A stretch of 64,000 nucleotides of DNA, taken from IMG/VR virus record IMGVR_UViG_3300022223_000003; one strand, given 5' to 3'. This document shows, in pieces, positions 19,828-30,755 of this stretch. Under the pieces are notes generated by a model, which worked only from the letters and a program-made list of their open reading frames with translations, was not told the origin of the DNA and did not search any database. Every line of letters begins with the position of its first letter. Within the stretch, counting starts at the first letter, position 1. This stretch comes from an uncultured virus (IMG/VR IMGVR_UViG_3300022223_000003). Lineage: Duplodnaviria; Heunggongvirae; Uroviricota; Caudoviricetes. Made by a program: the position numbers and the translations under genes.

Positions 19828-20558
19828 TGCTCTCTTTTCTTCGTCGGTGGATCACCCCGCGTGTCCAAGAAGAAGAAGAACTGCTGCCGTGTTGCGTCTG
19901 CGGGGTGCGGCCGTGCATCAACTGCGGGTCCTGTTGCGGGTCCGAGGCGTGTGCAGCAGAGTGCGGCCGTTTCATCTTCGAGAACAAAATAACACTGCGC
20001 GAGGCCTCGGAGGAAAGTAAATGAAACCGACACCTCTACCAAAATCCGCGATGCCGATGCAGGGCAAGATCCTGCAACAAGGAAAGTGCGACTACTGCAA
20101 AGGGCGCTACGTGTTGCTGCAACCGAAGGGTGCAGATAATCAGAAACTGATGCACAGCAACCCGCCGTGCAAGAAGTTCGAGGAGGACCCGCAGGCGTAT
20201 TTGCAGTGGCACAGCATGACACGCAGGCAGCGCAGGGTTGCGAAATCGAAGAAGAAAGGCCCTTCGCAGGCGGTCATGAGCCGAGGCCGACGGAGGAAGA
20301 AACAGTGAGTGAAAATAAAGAAAAACACGACGGGCCGTACCCCATCCCTGACGAGTGGGAGTCGGTCTACCACCCCGAGAGCCGTCTATCGAACGGGGAG
20401 CGGGTAGACGATGTAATCAGCGAGCATGACGACGAGATCATCTCACTGCGCCACCGCGTCAAGGATCTCAAAACCCAGGTGCAGGTGACGCGATTCGTTG
20501 TGTTGTTTCTCCTCGCGTCGAACATTTTTCAGGTCATGAGAGGAGCAGGGTGGCTCTG

Positions 20559-20714
20559 ATGAGCGAAGCCAAAAACAACATTTTGGTGCAGACGCGTCTC
20601 TCGAAGACGCCGTACAACTACATCAGGAAGAAGGCCAAGGCTGAAGGCATCAGCGTCGCGGCCTACATTCGTCGAATGATCATCCAAGAGTACGAGGCGC
20701 AGAAGGCGGGCTAG
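20559..20714 (+). CDS. ribbon-helix-helix (CopG-like) DNA-binding protein, 51 aa
   Basis: Manual translation MSEAKNNILVQTRLSKTPYNYIRKKAKAEGISVAAYIRRMIIQEY fits the RHH pattern; TGATG-coupled; below the ORF-track cutoff. Confidence 0.65.
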   Translation: MSEAKNNILVQTRLSKTPYNYIRKKAKAEGISVAAYIRRMIIQEYEAQKAG

Positions 20715-20988
20715 CCGTGTCGGACGGGATCACCAAAAAGGGATGCGGACCCGAGCACGGCCCTACTACATGGCGTTGTAAATGCGGCGCCAAGAAGAGT
20801 ATGCCCGCGTTCATTTTACCCAAGGGTTGGATGGTGCTCACCATGCGCATAGGCACAGGAGAACTGTTGGATCGGAAAGAGGAGCACACCTACTGCGAGT
20901 CGTGTGCCTTCGCGCAGCGTAATGCCTCTACGATGGCAGAAGCGCGCAGGTTGTTGGGCTCAGGGACCAAGAAACTAGGTAGTCGCTG

Positions 20989-21666
20989 ATGGGCTACGTT
21001 GACCTCAACGAAAACAAGCGCACCGATTGGGTAACACCGCTTGACTGCCGTAGGCTGCTCGCGCAGCTGGGGCCGTTGAAGCTCGACGTTTGCACCAACC
21101 CCGACAACCCCATGGGGGCCGAGCAGTTCTACACCTCCAGCGTCAACGGTTTGGAGCAGAGCTGGCAGTGCGGCGGGCTCGTCTGGTGCAACCACCCCTG
21201 GTCGCGCAAGGACTCACCGCTGTGGGTCAACAAGGCGGTGTGCGAGGGGGAGTTGGTGCACAAACGAGCACACGAGGGTGGGATCGCACTTTGTCTTCGA
21301 TGCGGCAAAGATCTAGACGTCCACGTTTTTCTAGGAGATGGGTACTACGTTTGTAGGGATCTCGACGGGTGTTTCGAGCTAGGTAGCACCGAGATCGTCT
21401 TGCTCGGGCCGAGCCGCCCCGATACCGCGTGGTTTCGCAACATCTGGGGGAGCGCCGACGTTATCTACTTCTGGAAAGGTAGGATGACCTTCTGGGACCC
21501 CAGGACGGGAATGCCGCACATGGCGTGGAACAAGAAGACCAAACGCTGGGAAAACCAGCCGGTTCCGGTCCCGGTGCAGCTTTCGTACTGGGGGCACCGC
21601 CCGCACACCTTCGTGGATGTGTTCATGCAGCAGGGCGGTGCGTTCGCATACCCTACACCGTTCTGA
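20989..21666 (+). CDS. phage DNA N6-adenine methyltransferase (Dam-like)
   Basis: DWVTP, LDVC, GL.QSW, VWCNHPWS (variant NPPY), SRPDTAWF and KGRMTF motifs. Confidence 0.8.
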   Translation: MGYVDLNENKRTDWVTPLDCRRLLAQLGPLKLDVCTNPDNPMGAEQFYTSSVNGLEQSWQCGGLVWCNHPWSRKDSPLWVNKAVCEGELVHKRAHEGGIALCLRCGKDLDVHVFLGDGYYVCRDLDGCFELGSTEIVLLGPSRPDTAWFRNIWGSADVIYFWKGRMTFWDPRTGMPHMAWNKKTKRWENQPVPVPVQLSYWGHRPHTFVDVFMQQGGAFAYPTPF

Positions 21667-21756
21667 GTTCGATCAAAAAAATGATTTTTTCTGATGCAAC
21701 TCGATTGCATCACTGGTATTGTTCGGTTACACAGGAAGCAGACAGGAGACAGGCTC

Positions 21757-22623
21757 ATGGCAAAAACTTCTTTCAACGCAGCCCGCTTCTCGGGCTTCAT
21801 GTTCGATCCCGACGACCTCGTCATCATCGGCCACGACACCGACGACGGCGAAGAGCACCCGCTCTGGGACGAGCGCATCAAGCTGGCTCTCGACGAGGCG
21901 ATGGTCGTGTCGATCATGGCCATCGGTGTCAAGGAACCGATCCTCGTCGTGAAGATGAAGATCGGCAACAAGGAGGTTGCCGTCGTCGTCGACGGCCGCC
22001 GCCGTGTTCTGCATGCCCGTGAGGCCAACAAGCGGCTCAAGAAGCTCGGGGAGCCGCTCGTGAAGGTCCCAGCCAAGGTCGAACGCGGCTCCGATGAACA
22101 CCTCTCGCATGTCGCGGTCGCGCTCAACGAGATCCGGCGCCAGGACGAGGTGCTCGTCAAGGCCAACAAGGCGTTGCGCATGATCAATCGCGGCAGCACC
22201 GAGGCCGATGTCGCGGTCGCCTTCGGCGTCAGCCAGATGACGATCAAAAACTGGATGAAGATCGTCGAGCTACCCGCCCCGGTGAAGAAGGCCGTCAACC
22301 AGGGGGTGTTGTCGGCCAATGCCGCGAGCAAGCTCCACGGTCTCGAACGCGCCGAGCAGCTCAAGCAGCTAGAAAAGCTAACCGAAGAGCACAAGAAGAC
22401 CGGCAAGAAGGTTTCGGGGACCAAGGCCTCGGCCTCGGCATCGGCCTCTGGTTCGGACAGCAACGGCAAACCCAAGAAGCCCTCCAAGAAGGATCTGAAG
22501 AACGTCGTCAGCATTCTGTCGCACGAGACCGACCCCTTCATCGCCGGGGCCATGGCGGGTATCCGCTACGCGCTCGGGGAGGACATCCCGGAGGTCAAGA
22601 AGGCCATCGAGAAGGTGGGGTGA
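21757..22623 (+). CDS. ParB-like protein with HTH
   Basis: SI...GVKEPILV, VVDGRRR, NEIR and HTH (VAVAFGVSQMTIKNW); ATG after AGGAG. Confidence 0.85.
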   Translation: MAKTSFNAARFSGFMFDPDDLVIIGHDTDDGEEHPLWDERIKLALDEAMVVSIMAIGVKEPILVVKMKIGNKEVAVVVDGRRRVLHAREANKRLKKLGEPLVKVPAKVERGSDEHLSHVAVALNEIRRQDEVLVKANKALRMINRGSTEADVAVAFGVSQMTIKNWMKIVELPAPVKKAVNQGVLSANAASKLHGLERAEQLKQLEKLTEEHKKTGKKVSGTKASASASASGSDSNGKPKKPSKKDLKNVVSILSHETDPFIAGAMAGIRYALGEDIPEVKKAIEKVG

Positions 22624-22804
22624 TGGCGAAGAAGATACCCAAAAACCACTACCGTATTGAGGTAGTGGAATACGAGACCGACGAGGTGGTGCGGACGCTG
22701 GACGGCGGCGTCTCCGAGAAACACGCAGAGAAAGTCGACGACGGTCTCAACCGAAACCTCAACCACGAGCGCTTCTATACTCGATTGATGGAGACTGACA
22801 TCCG

Positions 22805-23353
22805 ATGACCCACCGCGGCGACTGGTTTTGCACAGCCTCGGGTCGTCAGGTCTACATCTTAGACCCGGCGCCCGAAGACATCTGCATCGTGGACATCGCA
22901 CACGCGCTGGCCAACACCTGCCGCTTCGGCGGCCACGTCGACGACTTCTACAGCGTCGCGCAACACAGCGTCCTCGTCAGCCGGATGGTGCCCGAGGACA
23001 TCGCACTCGCAGGTCTGTTGCACGATGCTGCGGAGGCCTATCTAGGAGACGTCATTCATCCCCTGAAGATCTCCTTGCCTGACTACCGCGCGATCGAGGC
23101 GTTGTGGGAGGCCTGTATCATCTCGGCGTTCGATTTGACGGTCACCGAGCACGCGAAGAATCTGATCAAGGTAGCAGACAGACGAGCGCTCATCACGGAG
23201 CGACGCGATGTCGCACCGGACGGATGGAGCCGTTTTCCCTGGAAGGCTGACGAACAAGGGTATCGACCTTTCAGCGAGAGAATCGAACCGCTGCCGCCGA
23301 AGGCAGCGAAAAGTCTTTTCTTGACCCGGTGGTACCAGCTGACGAGGAAGTGA
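22805..23353 (+). CDS. HD-domain phosphohydrolase (YfbR/5'-deoxynucleotidase-like)
   Basis: DIAHAL...CRFGGH, YSVAQHS, LLHDAAEAYLGD. Confidence 0.88.
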   Translation: MTHRGDWFCTASGRQVYILDPAPEDICIVDIAHALANTCRFGGHVDDFYSVAQHSVLVSRMVPEDIALAGLLHDAAEAYLGDVIHPLKISLPDYRAIEALWEACIISAFDLTVTEHAKNLIKVADRRALITERRDVAPDGWSRFPWKADEQGYRPFSERIEPLPPKAAKSLFLTRWYQLTRK

Positions 23354-23792
23354 CGTGGTCGGCAAGAACATCGATGAGCACATGGTTGAAGATCTGGGAC
23401 ACCGCGCCGAGATCGAACGGACAAATGCAGAGACAGCAGCGCGTAAAGCGGTAGCCAAGACACCCGAGGAGTTAGAAGACATCCGTCGAGAAGCGATCGA
23501 GCGCTATCGACAAGCAGACTACGCACGCTACGACAAGGCCAAGCAGAAAGCGCTACGACACACGCGCTGACGGGAGAATGACATGAGATCGAAGCACGAA
23601 ATCGAAGACATGATCGCGAAGGCCGGTCTCTACCTCGAAAACGGGGCAACGGCAGTCGGAGGTATGACCTACGAAGAGGGGGTCGACGCCGCTCTTCGTT
23701 GGGTCTTGGGCGAAACCGAAGATGAGCCCATCGAAGAAGAGTTCGACGACGACAACGTCTCCGAAGACGAGCTTGAACTGTAGGAGCATGCC

Positions 23793-24794
23793 ATGGCCTT
23801 TGGAGCACAGATACTCGCTGACTCGCGGGCACCTAACGGGCGCCGCCTCACAACGTTCGAGATCGCCTTTCCCCGGTACATCCAGGCCGAGGTGAACACA
23901 CACACCATCCTGTCGAAGAACAGCGGCAGCAGCCGGGCCATCCCGGTGAACAAGATGCTCGCCCGGCTCGAAGAAGATCCCTACTACCCCGTCTACTGGG
24001 GCTCCAACAAGAAGGGGATGCAGGCGGGGGCGGAACTGGAGGGACAAGTCAGAAAGGCGTGTGAGGTTGTCTGGCGTCAAGCGATGACGGACGCCATGGG
24101 ACACGCCAAAACCCTACGAGATCTCGGCCTGCACAAGCAGGACGCCAATCGCATCCTGGAGCCATGGATGTGGCAGACGGTCATCATCACCGGGACCGAG
24201 TGGGACAACTTCTTCCACCTGCGCAATCACCCCGACGCGCACCCGGCGTTTTCGACGGTGGCTGCGCAGATGCAGGAGCTGTACGAAGAGCTGGAGCCCG
24301 TCGAGCTGGGTCCCGGGCAATGGCATCTGCCTCTGGTGGACACCAAAGCCGTCCGCCCTGAGACCGCCGCACCGTCGACGGGTGACTTCACGCAGGCCGC
24401 TCTCATCGCCAAGGAGTTGGAGCCAGAACTATGGGAGAACAATGCGACGAGCGCCATCCGGCGGCTTCTGATCAAGGTCAGTGCCGGGCGCTGCGCCCGT
24501 GTCTCGGTCTTGACCCACGACGGTGAGCGTGACCTGAGAGCCGACGTAGGCCTGCATGATCGGCTGCTCGCGTCGGGACACATGAGCCCGTTCCAACACC
24601 AGGCGCGGCCTATCATCGAATCGGATTTCGACGACTACGCGCTACCGTTGTTGGTACATCACAAACACTTGAACAACATAAGGTTCAAGAATCCGAAGGC
24701 TCCGATCGAAGATACGTGGTGCGGCAACTACCGGGGCTGGGTACCGTACCGCAAGACGATCCCCGGCGAGTTCGATATCATGGGGAGCCGCTGA
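23793..24794 (+). CDS. thyX: FAD-dependent thymidylate synthase
   Basis: NTHTILSKNSGSSRAIP (variant ThyX motif), HKQDANRILEP, NFFHLR, HMSPFQH. Confidence 0.82.
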   Translation: MAFGAQILADSRAPNGRRLTTFEIAFPRYIQAEVNTHTILSKNSGSSRAIPVNKMLARLEEDPYYPVYWGSNKKGMQAGAELEGQVRKACEVVWRQAMTDAMGHAKTLRDLGLHKQDANRILEPWMWQTVIITGTEWDNFFHLRNHPDAHPAFSTVAAQMQELYEELEPVELGPGQWHLPLVDTKAVRPETAAPSTGDFTQAALIAKELEPELWENNATSAIRRLLIKVSAGRCARVSVLTHDGERDLRADVGLHDRLLASGHMSPFQHQARPIIESDFDDYALPLLVHHKHLNNIRFKNPKAPIEDTWCGNYRGWVPYRKTIPGEFDIMGSR

Positions 24795-25069
24795 GGCAAA
24801 ACCTGGGATGGGTTGTAGGGATGAGCTGGTTCACGAGCATCTTCTCGAATCGCAAGACCAAGACGTCTTTCATCACCCGTGCTCTGCGACGCGCTCGCAA
24901 CACTGGCGAGAGCTACGCCGAGGCGAAGGCGGCACTCTTGCGAGAAGCCGACCCGGAGTGGCAGGACAGCCAGGAGAAACGGATCAAGAAAGCGGAGATG
25001 CGGTTTCTTGATGACACGAAACCGGACTTCGAGAAGTTGCCCTGATGTCGTGCTCGGATACGACGTGGA

Positions 25070-26184
25070 GTGAAAGGAGACAAAAAGATGTTGGCCTACA
25101 TATCAAAAAAGGCGTGGGCGGTAACCTTGTTGGTGTCGCTGTTTTTAGGAGCGCTCGTGTTCGGTATCGCAACATGTCGCGAGTCGACGATCAAGGCGCA
25201 GCGGGAGGCCTGGGTCGAGGACTGGAAGAAACGAGAGAAGGGTTGTGTTCGTACCTGCGCCGCTTTGGGTGGCAAGAAGACGTATTTTCAACGCATGCAA
25301 CGTGCTGGTTCCTTAGAGCATGATGAGCGCTGCATCTGCAAGACAGCGGCCTGTGCCTACGTCATCACAAACGGGCGTTCGACCGCGTCATGCAAAGAGG
25401 GTCAGAGGACCGACTGATGTCGAAACGCAGCTACACGATTCGCTTGTCCGACAAGGAACTAGCGCGGGTTCTGGACGCCCTGGAGTACCTGCGGTCGTGC
25501 CACCGGCGGGGGATGTTCGAGGCCGCGAAGGAAAACCGCGAGGCATCGGCGATCCACTACGAGCGCGAAATGAACGCGGACCAAGAAGTGTGGGACGCGA
25601 TCGTAAAGAGATTCTGTGACGAGGCGGCGAAAGGAACCGACTGATGCCGAAAAACAAACAACAGCCACCCCGCGGTGAAGTATTGCACGAATACAACCCC
25701 GGGTGCCCTATGCCAGGGGTTGGCGGGCGGCACTCGGATACATACGGGATTGATGGTACAGGGCGCTGCGTTTGGTGCGGTGCAGCGCCAACAATGCCAG
25801 ACGAAGGAACCGACTGATGCCGAAAACCAAGAAAGTACGGATCGCGGTAGCTATCAACTCACGTGGCGAATGGAACTGCGGTGGCTACTGTTGGTTGAAG
25901 ACGGGGGAGCAGTTGGAGACGCTCCCCGACGACGAAGCGGCGGGTAACGCAATCGAGGGGTTGGAATCCGATGAGTACGTCATCCACTTCGTTGAAGCAG
26001 AGATCCCGCTTCCTGTGTCTACGACTGTTCAGGGAAAGGTGACCGACTGATGCTGGCGGTGTACATGGAATGGTGGGCCGCTAATCACCCGTGGTCCGAT
26101 TTCATCGCGATGGCGATGGGGTGGGGCGTGGGTTGGAAGCTCGTTGATCTCGGCTTGTGGATCATGGACCGGAGCACCGACTGA
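25070..26184 (+). other. run of five small hypothetical genes joined by an identical ACCGACTGATG stop/start junction
   Basis: ORFs 25070-25417, 25417-25644, 25644-25817, 25817-26050 and 26050-26184 all end in ...TD*. Confidence 0.8.
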
Positions 26185-26712
26185 TGTCGAAGACCGGAAC
26201 TGCGCAGAGGTTTGAAGAGCTGCGAACAGCGCTGGAACGTGTTCAGCAAAAAAGGCTCGAAGGATGACGATGCACATCAACTTCATTCGTCAACGGTGTG
26301 ATCTGTGCGGACGGTACATCTCGCGCCCCAACTACAGTCGCCATGTAAAGGCGTGCGAGCGTCGATCGAATCAGAAGAAAGGGCTCGACAATGGGGCTTA
26401 GCAGAGTGGACGGTGAGCAGCTCACCGAGTTGATGCGTCTGTCTTGGTCGTTGGCCGTGATCATCAACGGAGGTCGCATCGACAGCGTGGAGGGAGAGTG
26501 GCCCGTCGAAATCACATTCAGACCGGCGATAGCTGACTACGGCACTTGGAGTTGTAAACTCTCGATCGACTTCACCAAAGAGGGCAGAGGTCGTGGTTCG
26601 AGTTTGCATAGCGGCACCGTGTCTTCGATGCTCGACCTCGTGCGCAAAGAGCTTTCGGAACGCCTCGGCGACGGTTACGTGCGTTATTAGCCCCGCAGCA
26701 GAAAGGCCCCAA

Positions 26713-26931
26713 GTGATCGCAACCCTCGGCTACTTCGCCTTCATCTTGAACGCTGTAGGCAACCTGATGCTAGCCCGGCGCAACGTGTGGGGATGGATCG
26801 TGCGCCTGTTGACCAACGTCGCATGGATCGCTTACGCGGTGCAGGTCACCGACGGCGAGCCGATGGCCCTGAACCATGCCTTCTTCCTGGGCGTCAATCT
26901 GTACGGCTTCCAGCAGTGGAGGCGGTCGTGA
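26713..26931 (+). CDS. small PnuC-like membrane protein
   Basis: three hydrophobic segments with WGW...N.AW...N.YG...W pattern. Confidence 0.5.
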   Translation: MIATLGYFAFILNAVGNLMLARRNVWGWIVRLLTNVAWIAYAVQVTDGEPMALNHAFFLGVNLYGFQQWRRS

Positions 26932-27492
26932 CCGATAAGAAATACGTGTTGCCCATCGTTCCTCAGGCTGTAGAGGAGATGGAGGCCGAAACCAGACGTC
27001 TTCAAGAGGAGACTCGACGCATAGAAGAGGACACCCAACGTCTTGAAGATCTCATCGCAAAAATCAAAGCTGAGACGGCAGCATTTGAGGCAGAGAGTGC
27101 AGCAATACGAGCTAGCACGAGACGGCTCAAGATGTTCAATGTTGTTTTGTTTTCAGCGACGTTTGTTGTCCTCGCGATCATCGTTTTGGTGGAGCTGCTG
27201 TCGTGACCCAGGTTGTTGTCAAGTGCCCGCGTTGCAGGAAGAAGACTCTACGGGTGTGGAAACACGAACACAGCCGTTTCGTGTGCAGCGGTCCAAGATG
27301 CCCGCGTTATGAAGGGGAGTGCGATAACCCAAAATGCGAATACCCTATGCCTCGTGGAAGCCGTGCGTGGGCCGAAAAACACGGAGCTGTGTTCTGGGAT
27401 AAAGGCCAGTATGTGGATCGAGAGGCAGAGCGTATTTGGAGCCAGAAAATCGAACCGTTGCCAAAACCTTTTCGTGGAAAGTTAGCTGATCC

Positions 27493-28086
27493 GTGACCTC
27501 CCTGCCCGACGCCTACCCGCTTCAGTGGCCCGAAGGTTGGCCGCGCACCCGCCAACCCAAGGACTCGCGCTACGCGAAGAACGGCAAGCTAACCGAAGCG
27601 AAGATTCGCACCGAGCTGCTCAACGCGATTCGTCTGCTCGGCGGCTCGCTGCCGATCATCAGCAGCAACGTCGCGCTGCGCCTCGACGGGCTCCCCTACA
27701 CCAACCAACGATACCCAGAAGACGGTGGTATTGCGGTATACTGGGTCCGCGATGGCAAACAAGAGGTCATGGCGTGCGACCGCTGGAAGCGTCCGTGGGA
27801 GAACATGCGCGCTGTCTACCACGCAATCGAAGGTCTACGGGCCATGGAACGCGCCGGTGCTACGCAGATTCTGGAGCGAGCCTTCCAAGCGTTCCGGCTC
27901 CCCGAGGGGGGACCATCCGGTCGTTCGTGGCGTGACGTGTTGGGCCATGATCTTACCGATGCCCACTCGGCGAGTGTGCGGTTCCGCAAAAAAGCCGTGA
28001 AGCTCCATCCCGATGTTGGAGGTGACGTCGAGGATTTCCAGGAGTTGGAGCGGGCGTACCGAGAGGCTCTCGACGAGCTGCGGTAG
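27493..28086 (+). CDS. phage DnaJ-domain protein
   Basis: AYPLQWPEGWPRT N-terminus; C-terminal J-domain with HPD (KLHPDVGG). Confidence 0.85.
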   Translation: MTSLPDAYPLQWPEGWPRTRQPKDSRYAKNGKLTEAKIRTELLNAIRLLGGSLPIISSNVALRLDGLPYTNQRYPEDGGIAVYWVRDGKQEVMACDRWKRPWENMRAVYHAIEGLRAMERAGATQILERAFQAFRLPEGGPSGRSWRDVLGHDLTDAHSASVRFRKKAVKLHPDVGGDVEDFQELERAYREALDELR

Positions 28087-28389
28087 GGTATTCCTTTTGG
28101 GAGTCATTCCTGGTAGAGAACAATATCAAACGGGAGTCGTTTCGTATGTCAGGGAAAAGCCATCTCGACGCCTTGGCGGGCCTCATCAACAACGGCGAAA
28201 CGTTGTCCGATGAGCAGATTGCTCAGATTGACGAACAGGATGCAGCCGTAGTTGCAGAAATCAACGCGGTGCTCAAGTTCGTTTCGAGGCGACCGGGTGT
28301 TGAAGCCAACATCTTCGCTATGCAGGAGCTGGTCGAAGCGTGCGCCGAAGAGCTGCGTAACCAGATCCGCGAGATGGTGGAGGGTGACG

Positions 28390-28944
28390 ATGAGCGGTGA
28401 AACAGGAATCCGACCGCAGAGTCGAGATAGCGCGGAGAGCGAAGCAGACGGTCCCCCCGCTTGGTGCGAGAAACACGAGATCTACTACGGTGAGGACGGG
28501 TGTTTCAAATGCAAGCAGAATGTGAAAGGCGTCTTGGAAGTAACTGAAGAGGTCAGAACCGTTGGAGGCATCCCGATCGTAGACTCGCTCGAATCTGTCG
28601 AAAACCAGCCGACTGTTCCCGACGGAACCTTGTTGAAGCCAGTGCCGTTCGGACAGGAGATCAACGCCATCCTCGATCTGGGTGCCCCCAGTGCTGAGGA
28701 GATCATCGAGCAGTGCCTGGTGTTGGCCCGCTTCCTGACGGAGAAGAATAAGGCTTACGGGGATTCAGCTCTCGACCCGGTGCGCATCTTGTCGAAGGCG
28801 GACGTCGCAGAGCAGATCCGCATCCGAATGGATGACAAACTCTCCCGGCTGGTACGCGGCGAGCTGGCAGGTGAGGATGCGGTGCAGGATTTGGTCGGCT
28901 ACTATATCCTGCTGAAGATCGCCGAGAAGAGAGGATCGCGTTGA
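28390..28944 (+). CDS. nucleotide-modification-associated domain 1 (DUF1599-like) protein
   Basis: KNKAYGDS...IRMDDKLSRL...ED..QDLVGY. Confidence 0.7.
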   Translation: MSGETGIRPQSRDSAESEADGPPAWCEKHEIYYGEDGCFKCKQNVKGVLEVTEEVRTVGGIPIVDSLESVENQPTVPDGTLLKPVPFGQEINAILDLGAPSAEEIIEQCLVLARFLTEKNKAYGDSALDPVRILSKADVAEQIRIRMDDKLSRLVRGELAGEDAVQDLVGYYILLKIAEKRGSR

Positions 28945-29770
28945 TGGGACAAGACTTTCTCGACGCCAGCATGTTCGTCGGCCAAGGCGGCAACACCGAG
29001 CTGCTGGCCTACCTCGAAAACAACTTGCCGCTGCTGGGGGATGAAGATCGAGACTTCGTTCTCGGCTGCAAGATGACGCTGGAGATCGGTGGTGTTCTTA
29101 CTGCGGAAAACACCCAACGTCTGCGTCAGATCGCCAAAGGGATTCAGGCCGCGGGTCACGACGTCCTCGGAGGCGGTGTCGAGCCGCCGCTGTCGCCGGT
29201 GAAGGTTCTCAAAGACCTGGTGCAGAACATCCATACGCTCAACGCGCAGGAGAAGACATACGCCAACAACATCGCCAAGAAGCTCAAGAAGAAGGAGCCG
29301 CTGACACCGAAAGAGGTTGAAGGTCTGCTCCAGATCTATTTTGACAAGGGTTTCTGAGCAGAAGCTGGGATGGGACGTAAGGAAAGAGACAGGGCGTGGT
29401 CAGTCAAGAGCTAGGGCGGTTGGGTGTCGATGTCGTCAACGCTGCACGACGGTGGGCACATACACGGGCGCGATGTCGGCGTCTACTCGACAGCAAGAAG
29501 GCATCCCCCCACGATGTCGCGACAGCCAACAAGGTCTACTTGAAAGCTTCAGACGAGCTGGAGATGGCAGTGCGTCGACTCAGTGCTGCGATGGTGCGCG
29601 AAGGGGCGAATGTCCCCATGAACAAGCGAACCAGAGCACCTTTTCCTTGGAAACCTTTGATCACCGCAGTGGGTGGCATCACCAAGGCTCTCGAAGAGGC
29701 TGTTCGTGCAGGTGAGCAGCCGTTGGAAGCGGAAGTCATCGATGTGACTTCACCACCGAAAGGGAAATAG

Positions 29771-30343
29771 ATGTTTTTTGTGAGAGTAAGCAATGAGGGT
29801 TTCGATCACCCGCCTTTCACTTACGAGACGCTCGACGAAGCTCTCGCGACCGTCGAAGACGCGCTGGCGAAGGACCAGTTCGTGTACAAGAACCCAGCAG
29901 GCAATCTCACGATCCAGCTCGGCGGCGGGACCATCATCAAGGTCTCGAGCACCGAGGCGATCGAGCTGTCAGCGAAAAAACTGGAGGCGATTCGTAGAAA
30001 CCCTCTTCTGGCATGCGAGGACATCGATGCCCCTTGGCAGCTGATCCTGCAAGTGGGGTCGGTGCAGCTAACCCCCGTGGATGTTGCTTCGGAAGAAGCG
30101 GCAGACACGCTGATCGATCAAGCGGTTCGTGAGGGGGTGTTTCGCTTCACGTTGAAGGCAGAGCATGAGTATCTTTTTGTTCAGACGATGCCCGGGACGG
30201 TGTGGATGAGTCTCCCGACAGAGATGTACGTCCAACGGAGACGACGAGCCGTCGAAGATCAGATGCGAGCGATGGCACAGCAGCCTCAAAGCGGGCAAGG
30301 ACCCCTCATTTTCACGCCCTCTGGCGGCCGAGACCGAAACTGA
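29771..30343 (+). CDS. hypothetical protein
   Basis: 190-aa ORF in packed operon. Confidence 0.6.
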   Translation: MFFVRVSNEGFDHPPFTYETLDEALATVEDALAKDQFVYKNPAGNLTIQLGGGTIIKVSSTEAIELSAKKLEAIRRNPLLACEDIDAPWQLILQVGSVQLTPVDVASEEAADTLIDQAVREGVFRFTLKAEHEYLFVQTMPGTVWMSLPTEMYVQRRRRAVEDQMRAMAQQPQSGQGPLIFTPSGGRDRN

Positions 30344-30356
30344 GTAGTATCGGGTT

Positions 30357-30728
30357 ATGCCCGACATCATGATGACGCGGATTGCAGGGACGACGCGCCA
30401 CTTCCGGGCGCTCATCGACGTGGACCCCGCGAACCTACAACCTTCGATCGACCTGTTCGAGTATCTCGACCCGGATGGCGCCACACTGCGAAGGATGCCT
30501 GCGGGGTCCCTTCAAGGCCCGAACGTCGAAGCGACGATCAAAGCCTCGTTCGAGGCCAAGACCACGTCTTTGGTGGACTGCGAGTTCTTAGCCGATTCGT
30601 TGGACCGCACCTACGCCCCGAACCCCGGTTGGGCGCAAGGCGGTTCTCTCACAGGTGCTTCCATCAAACTCGACATCACGACCAACGCCATCGCTGTCGA
30701 AGCGGACGCTATCGAGATGCAGTTCTAG
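30357..30728 (+). CDS. hypothetical protein
   Basis: 123-aa ORF in packed operon. Confidence 0.6.
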   Translation: MPDIMMTRIAGTTRHFRALIDVDPANLQPSIDLFEYLDPDGATLRRMPAGSLQGPNVEATIKASFEAKTTSLVDCEFLADSLDRTYAPNPGWAQGGSLTGASIKLDITTNAIAVEADAIEMQF

Positions 30729-30755
30729 TTCTTGCACACGGACATGCGGTAGCCT

